From positions 186,001 to 250,000 of the forward strand of contig DF236985.1 in the NCBI GenBank assembly GCA_000708835.1: a DNA stretch of 64,000 nucleotides. The letters run 5' to 3'. The stretch's first letter is position 1. Each line of letters opens with the position of its first letter. Below, in pieces: positions 58,868 through 64,000 of the stretch. The translations under genes were made by a program, and so were the position numbers. The stretch comes from Klebsormidium nitens. Its lineage: Eukaryota; Plantae; Klebsormidiophyceae. The notes under the pieces were generated by a model that saw nothing but the letters and a program-made list of their open reading frames with translations, ran no database searches and was not told the origin of the DNA.

Positions 58868-61800
58868 ATGGTGGCGACCAGGCGGTCTGGGTCAGCAGGC
58901 AAGAGTCCAAGTGACACAAATGAGGAGAGCACTGGTGGACAGGAGGAGCCTCGGAAGCTGCGTGGGAGACGGCTGTCCGCAGGCAATGCCGACAGCGGGA
59001 AGAGGAGTGCCAGCCCTGCGGAGCTGCCGGAGGTCACGAGTGCAAAGAGGCAGAAGGTGGGATTGAGACGCTGGTTCACAAGTGGACGTTGGGGTCTTAT
59101 ACTAAGAGCGCAAGGGGGAGTTGTCTTATGTGTGGCGCTTGAAATTTGTTGGCATTTGTCAAGTGAGCCCTGTGTCAATCACATTTGAGTACAATCGTTC
59201 ATCTCTGGCGGTTGACATCATGGAGTTTGTAGGTCAAGGATTCTCTGACAGGAAAGCTATTGGAGTCTCAGGACTCGTCTATACTCCTGCACCGCGGCCT
59301 TGATCAATCCTACGTCTCGAGACAGATCAGACATCATCGAGTTGCAAGGCTCTGGCAGCTGGGCTCTACGAACAGTGCAGTGTCCAACAAGGTCTCCTCC
59401 TGTAGCAACCAAGTACCTACTTTTCATACCTCTGTTAATAATGAAGCACCCGCTAAGACAATGAACATGCATATCCGTACAACTGCTTAGGCTATCATCT
59501 TTGTGACAGATTGACGAAGGGGAGCAAGCTGAGAAAGCGGCAGACAACACGGAAGCCCTGGAGCCAGAGAAGGGGGCCGAGCCAGTGGATGCAGTTCCGG
59601 CGGTGGAGGGCGCCAAACCCACTAGCCCTTTGCGGGAGGTGAAAGATGAAGTTGTCGAAGATGCGCCGGGGGCGCAGGTGAAAGAGGAAGAGGAGGCGCC
59701 GCAAGGGTTGCCGCCAGCGGAGTCCCCACGGCCGCCCAATCAGCACCTTGCAGGTGAGAAGGATCGGAGTCAAATTCTTCTGGAATAGGAGCCGCAAGCG
59801 GCGGCTGGGAACAGGTTCGCTTCACGCCCTCCCTGGAGTTTTCTGCAGCTGTAGTTGACTGGTGATAAGTCCTGAGATGGGCCTTGTCATTAAGGGTTTG
59901 AGAGACAAGAGGCACTTAGTCTGAGCGGGGCTTGAAGTTGAAGGCTTACAGAGTGGAGTTCCAAGGTTGCAATCCATCCTTCGTTGAGAGGGTATTTTAT
60001 CATGAGTGTTTGGAGAACGATTTTGGAGGAACCAGGTCGTAAGCAGCACCGTTCAAAGCTTTCGTCGGGAACGTCGTGAGACCCCAACATCAAACATGGC
60101 AAGTCAGTGAAAAATTGACTCACCAGTGCAAAAATAAGTTGTCTTTGCAGAAAAACGTGCCAACTACTCTTGACCAGCTTTGATATCGCTGACTCACAGG
60201 GTCCCCTGCGGCCCAGTTGGGCAACTATGGGGAGTTTCAATTGCGGATGCGGTTGATGCGGGCCAAGCAGCAGGCAGAGGCTGAGGCGATGCGCACGCCC
60301 CTGATGGCCCCCTCGTCGAGCCTTGCTGAACAGAAGTGGGGAGACCTCATCTCACAGTTCCCTGAGGTAAGTTGCAACAGTACACGAAAGTCCGCAAGCG
60401 CCGCTGTTTGCAACAGTGTTTTGTGTGAGCCACGTCTTGGCAGTTTGAGAATCGGGTTCGTCTGGATTTGGCCGTACTTGCCTTGCGCAAGATCTGAGTT
60501 GGACCCATGTAAGATACGACAAGTACGTAGCCACAAAGCCAAAATGAATCTTAAACGTTTAGGGACGGGGTTCGGACTTTGGAACTCAACAACAGGAGCT
60601 TGAAGCGTGAGATAGGAGGGTGACATTAGTTGGTAGGATGTGAAGGGGCTCATGGCGCTCTCTAATGCGTGTGGAAGACCGGCAGGGCTACCAAAATCGA
60701 TTCTACAAGGCCATCTAGTATTAAGCAACTTGTGGCGATTCGCTGAGTCCAGTACGGAATCCTTCCCGCAGCCTTGACACGTCTCTCGTATTGTACCGCA
60801 GAATCCGCATGCGGTTTTGTCTGGCGTCTGCTTCACGATCGGCCGCAGCAAGTCGTGCAGCTTGCGCTTGCCCGATGCTGAGGTCAGCGGGATGCTCGCC
60901 AGGATTTTCCTCAAGGTGAGGCGGCCTGACTCTTGAGGACCCTGAATTTGCATCCAAGCGGACGGTGTAAACGTTTGCCAGCCCTAGATCACGTATGATG
61001 TGAAGCGCAATTTATGATTGTTTCATTCACCTGCACAATCTCTGGATAATTGCGATGGATCCTGGGGACGTTTCCTGCGCTTCTAAGATCACCTAGTTGC
61101 TTCCATGGATTCCGCTGCCCACGGAGTAATAACCATGTTCGAAGCTCGCGCCCCCTCAGTGAACGATTTCACTTGCAGACGCCTTCCTTTGTCTTCAATC
61201 CACGGATCCTGTGCTTAATGATTGGCGACTCATGGTCTTCTTCCTGGTTTCAAAACAGGGGAACTTGGTGTACTTTGAAAACCTGGGGGGAACTGGCACT
61301 GTGAGCCTGAACGGGAGGGATGCCAAGCGGGGGGACAAGGCAGTGCTCAAGAGCGGAGACGAGCTGACGTTCTCAGGCTCCAAGCAGTTCGCTTACGTAT
61401 CCTTCCAAAAGCGCGGTCCTTGTGTTGTGCACATCTTCCATATGCTGCCCGAGATGTTGTTGGAGGGGGGTAGTTCCTTAGATTGGACCAACTTATGAAC
61501 AGGATCCCCTTCGCCTGTCACTCGGGAGGTGCCCATGTTCTCTAGCTGCGGGACGAAGATCTTCTGAAGTTGCCTATGCTTCCCAATTGCGGTTCTGAGA
61601 GCTGACCTTGTGGCAGCTCTTACGTGAGCCATGTCTCCTGTGTACCTCTTTTCCTGCATTGGCCTTTTTCTCCAACGAAAACGTCATTCTGGAGTAAGCG
61701 TCTCATTGCGCACCGGCTTCTGGGTGTTTCCTTGACCGAGTTTCCGCAACAGATTTTCCAGCAGCGAACGGATACTCCTCTACCCCTGAGGCAGGGAGGG

Positions 61801-64000
61801 GCGTTCCCTAGTGTCGACTTTGACGACAACATGGAACGCGTGATGCTGAAAATCCCCCGGCCGTCCCCTACTCCCGTCAGCGACCTCATGATTGAAACAC
61901 TGTCCAGACTGCCAAACGCACGAAGCCCACGAGAGGGTCCGAACCCAAAACCCCCGCTGCCGACGAGGGCCTTTGCGACTTCGCTTCGTGACGCTGCCAT
62001 CGCGGAAATGCGAACCCTTCAGGCAGAGAAAGAGGCGCTCGAACGGTACGTGTCGCAGTGGCAGGCGTCCAAGGATTCTGTGGTGTCAAATCCCGAGAGC
62101 TCCCAGGGGAGGGAAAAGGAGGGCGAAACGGCAGAAGCGGAGAAAGCGGGCGGTCACACACCCAAGGAGGCTGCGGGTAAAGAGGGTGTATATGCGCTCA
62201 ACCGGGCCCGGAGCTTCGAGGCGCTGCTGCAGGCTGCTGGGGAGGCGTCGAAGGGCCGGGAAGCCGTCGGAGAGGAAAAGGACGGGAATGAAGGGGGCGG
62301 TGAAGCAGAAAAAGCTGCTCCGGAGAGTGAGATGAAAGCGGATCTAGGTACGGGAGGGGTAGTCGAAGCGGGCCAAACAGATGGGGAAGGAACGAGAATC
62401 GAGCCGCAGGTTTCGAAGGAACCACAGGCTGGCGAGGCGAAGGGTTTGCGAGAAGCACCGAGCCTTCCAAACCCGGGCAAGGACGAGCCGGTAGACCTTG
62501 ACGCAAAAACCAAAGCCGCAGAGGGGGCGGTCGCGGCCAAGCGGGCCGCGCTCAAGGAGTCCTTTGCCAAGGCACTCGTCGATCCTTCGGGAGCAACCGT
62601 CTCGTTTGCGAACTTCCCGTACTATCTCAGCGAGACGACGAAGCAGCTTCTGATCGGCTCCGCGTTTGTGCACCTCAAGAAGAACGAGTATGTGAAGTAC
62701 ACGAAAGAGCTCGCGGCGCTGAGCCCGCGGATGCTGCTCGCGGGCGGCAGCGGGACGGACATCTACCAGGAGACGCTGGTGCGTGCGCTTGCGGCGCACT
62801 TTGGCGCGAAGCTGATGGTCATGGATGCTGCGGGGACGGACGAGGTGGGCCAGATGTTCGTTTGTTTGTTAACCGGAAAATTGTTGCGCACTTTCATTGA
62901 TTCACTCAATAGTTGCCACGTCAGAGGTGTCTGGTCTTCGGGCTACCTGTTCTGGAGCAGCAAACATTGGTTGTTATTCAAGGCCTTCGATCTATCTTTC
63001 AATTTGTTGTCCTGATGCACCTTTCTGTGCAACAAGAAAGCGTAGGCGATGCGCTTTTAGTCCTCTTCTGGTCGCGGCGAAGCTGTTGTTCCCGTCTTTT
63101 GATTTGACTGTAAACCTGAGTCTGTGATAGGAGCCTTCACCGACGGAAGAAGCGGAGGAGGTGGTCGAGCCTGCAGTTGAGGCTGTTCCCGAGGAGGAAA
63201 GAAAGGTGGACGCAATGTCGACCGAGGAACCAACGGTTCCCGAAACGGGGAATCATGCGGATGCTGGCGATCCCCCAAAGAAAGCACCGGCGGCAACTGA
63301 CGAGGTAAAAAGTGACCTAACCACTTCAAAGAGGACGAACTTAAAGAATGGAAGTCAGTGAACTCATCATTTTCTCGTAAAGAGTTTGAAGGCCTTGTTC
63401 TGAGTGAGACGGTTTGGAAACTCCTCCAGAGTTTCGTGTTGAGCACGTTGTAGCGAAGCAACCATATCCTTTCAAGAGTAATTCTATCCTGATTGCTTGA
63501 AACCTTGTGAAATTGCCCAGAGATATTCCTCGATGAGAGTACTGTTCCCAAGTTAGCAAAGGCAGCCCACAGACATCAGCGTCAGGAAGATTGCAAGCCC
63601 TTCACGAGTGATCAGACGCTGGATAGATCACTCAGGTGCTTCGTTTAACGCGCTTCTTCCGGATTGAGTCGGTTTGCAAAACCACTCATGAAATTTGAGA
63701 CGACGGCTTTTTTCTTGCGTCCTGATTCTTCATCTTTGCGCAGGGTGGAGATATGGTGGTAGACGAAGAGAAACCAACCGAGGCAACCCCATCAGAGCCC
63801 CCTGCTCCCGTGGTCTTGGAAAGAGAAGGCACCCCGACCGAAACAAGACCAATAGAACAGCGCGTTTCAGAAGCTGCTAAGGCCAAAGCCCTTGCTGAAA
63901 CGGACATTACTCAGGAGACGGACAACCCGACCCGACCGGCAGAAACCCCCGAAGCAAACTCACTGGAGCCAATGGAGACAGAGGCGCAGCCTAGCTCGTC
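58868..64000 (+). CDS. FHA-domain-containing plant-type AAA+ ATPase (At4g02480/At1g02890-like from recall); 5' part, runs off the window end
   Basis: Exons 58868-59056 (MVATRRS...KRQK), 59510-59753, 60200-60366 (WGDLISQFPE), 60802-60915 (NPHAVLSGVCFTIGRSKSC, FHA), 61259-61396 (LKSGDELTFSG...AY), 61753-62844 (IFQ...SFANFPYYLSETTKQLLIGSAFVHLK...DIYQETLVRALAAHF), 63131-63304 and 63744->64000. The Walker motifs lie beyond the window. Confidence 0.88.

Noticed and set aside
60237-60957. Minus-strand ORFs with CxxC pairs (possible zinc finger, nested gene)
   Set aside because: They overlap, antisense, the FHA exon 60802-60915 and exon 60200-60366 of the AAA gene, with no independent splice or motif support.
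1-64000. CRISPR arrays, rRNA genes, autonomous transposase or reverse transcriptase genes
   Set aside because: I found no regularly spaced repeat-spacer array, no rRNA-like conserved sequence, and no DDE or YxDD catalytic motifs in any credible ORF.

Overview
Intron-rich eukaryotic nuclear DNA from a photosynthetic, probably flagellate-capable green lineage. PsaN with a Tat-type lumen signal, land-plant-type AAA and RING families, and ATAT1 together suggest a streptophyte alga such as Klebsormidium (inference). By hand-splicing GT/GC-AG introns I recover 11 protein-coding loci: (1) the 3' end of a Ser-Pro-rich protein with a CBM49-like domain, (2) miaB, (3) a START-like domain apparently spliced in frame to an RF298/MIP1-type coiled coil + RING, (4) a signal-peptide / PQQ-type beta-propeller / single-TM surface protein, (5) a TPH-like coiled-coil protein, (6) psaN, (7) an orphan coiled-coil gene, (8) ATAT1, (9) an F-box/LRR protein, and (10, 11) a head-to-head pair of related AAA+ ATPases with a nested inverted-repeat element between them. 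Most listed ORFs are antisense or intronic shadows. No rRNA, tRNA or CRISPR array is supported. The best leads are the START-RING fusion, two tandem duplications that copy 3' splice sites, the divergent AAA pair and the beta-propeller receptor-like protein. Family assignments are from recalled motifs, not database searches.
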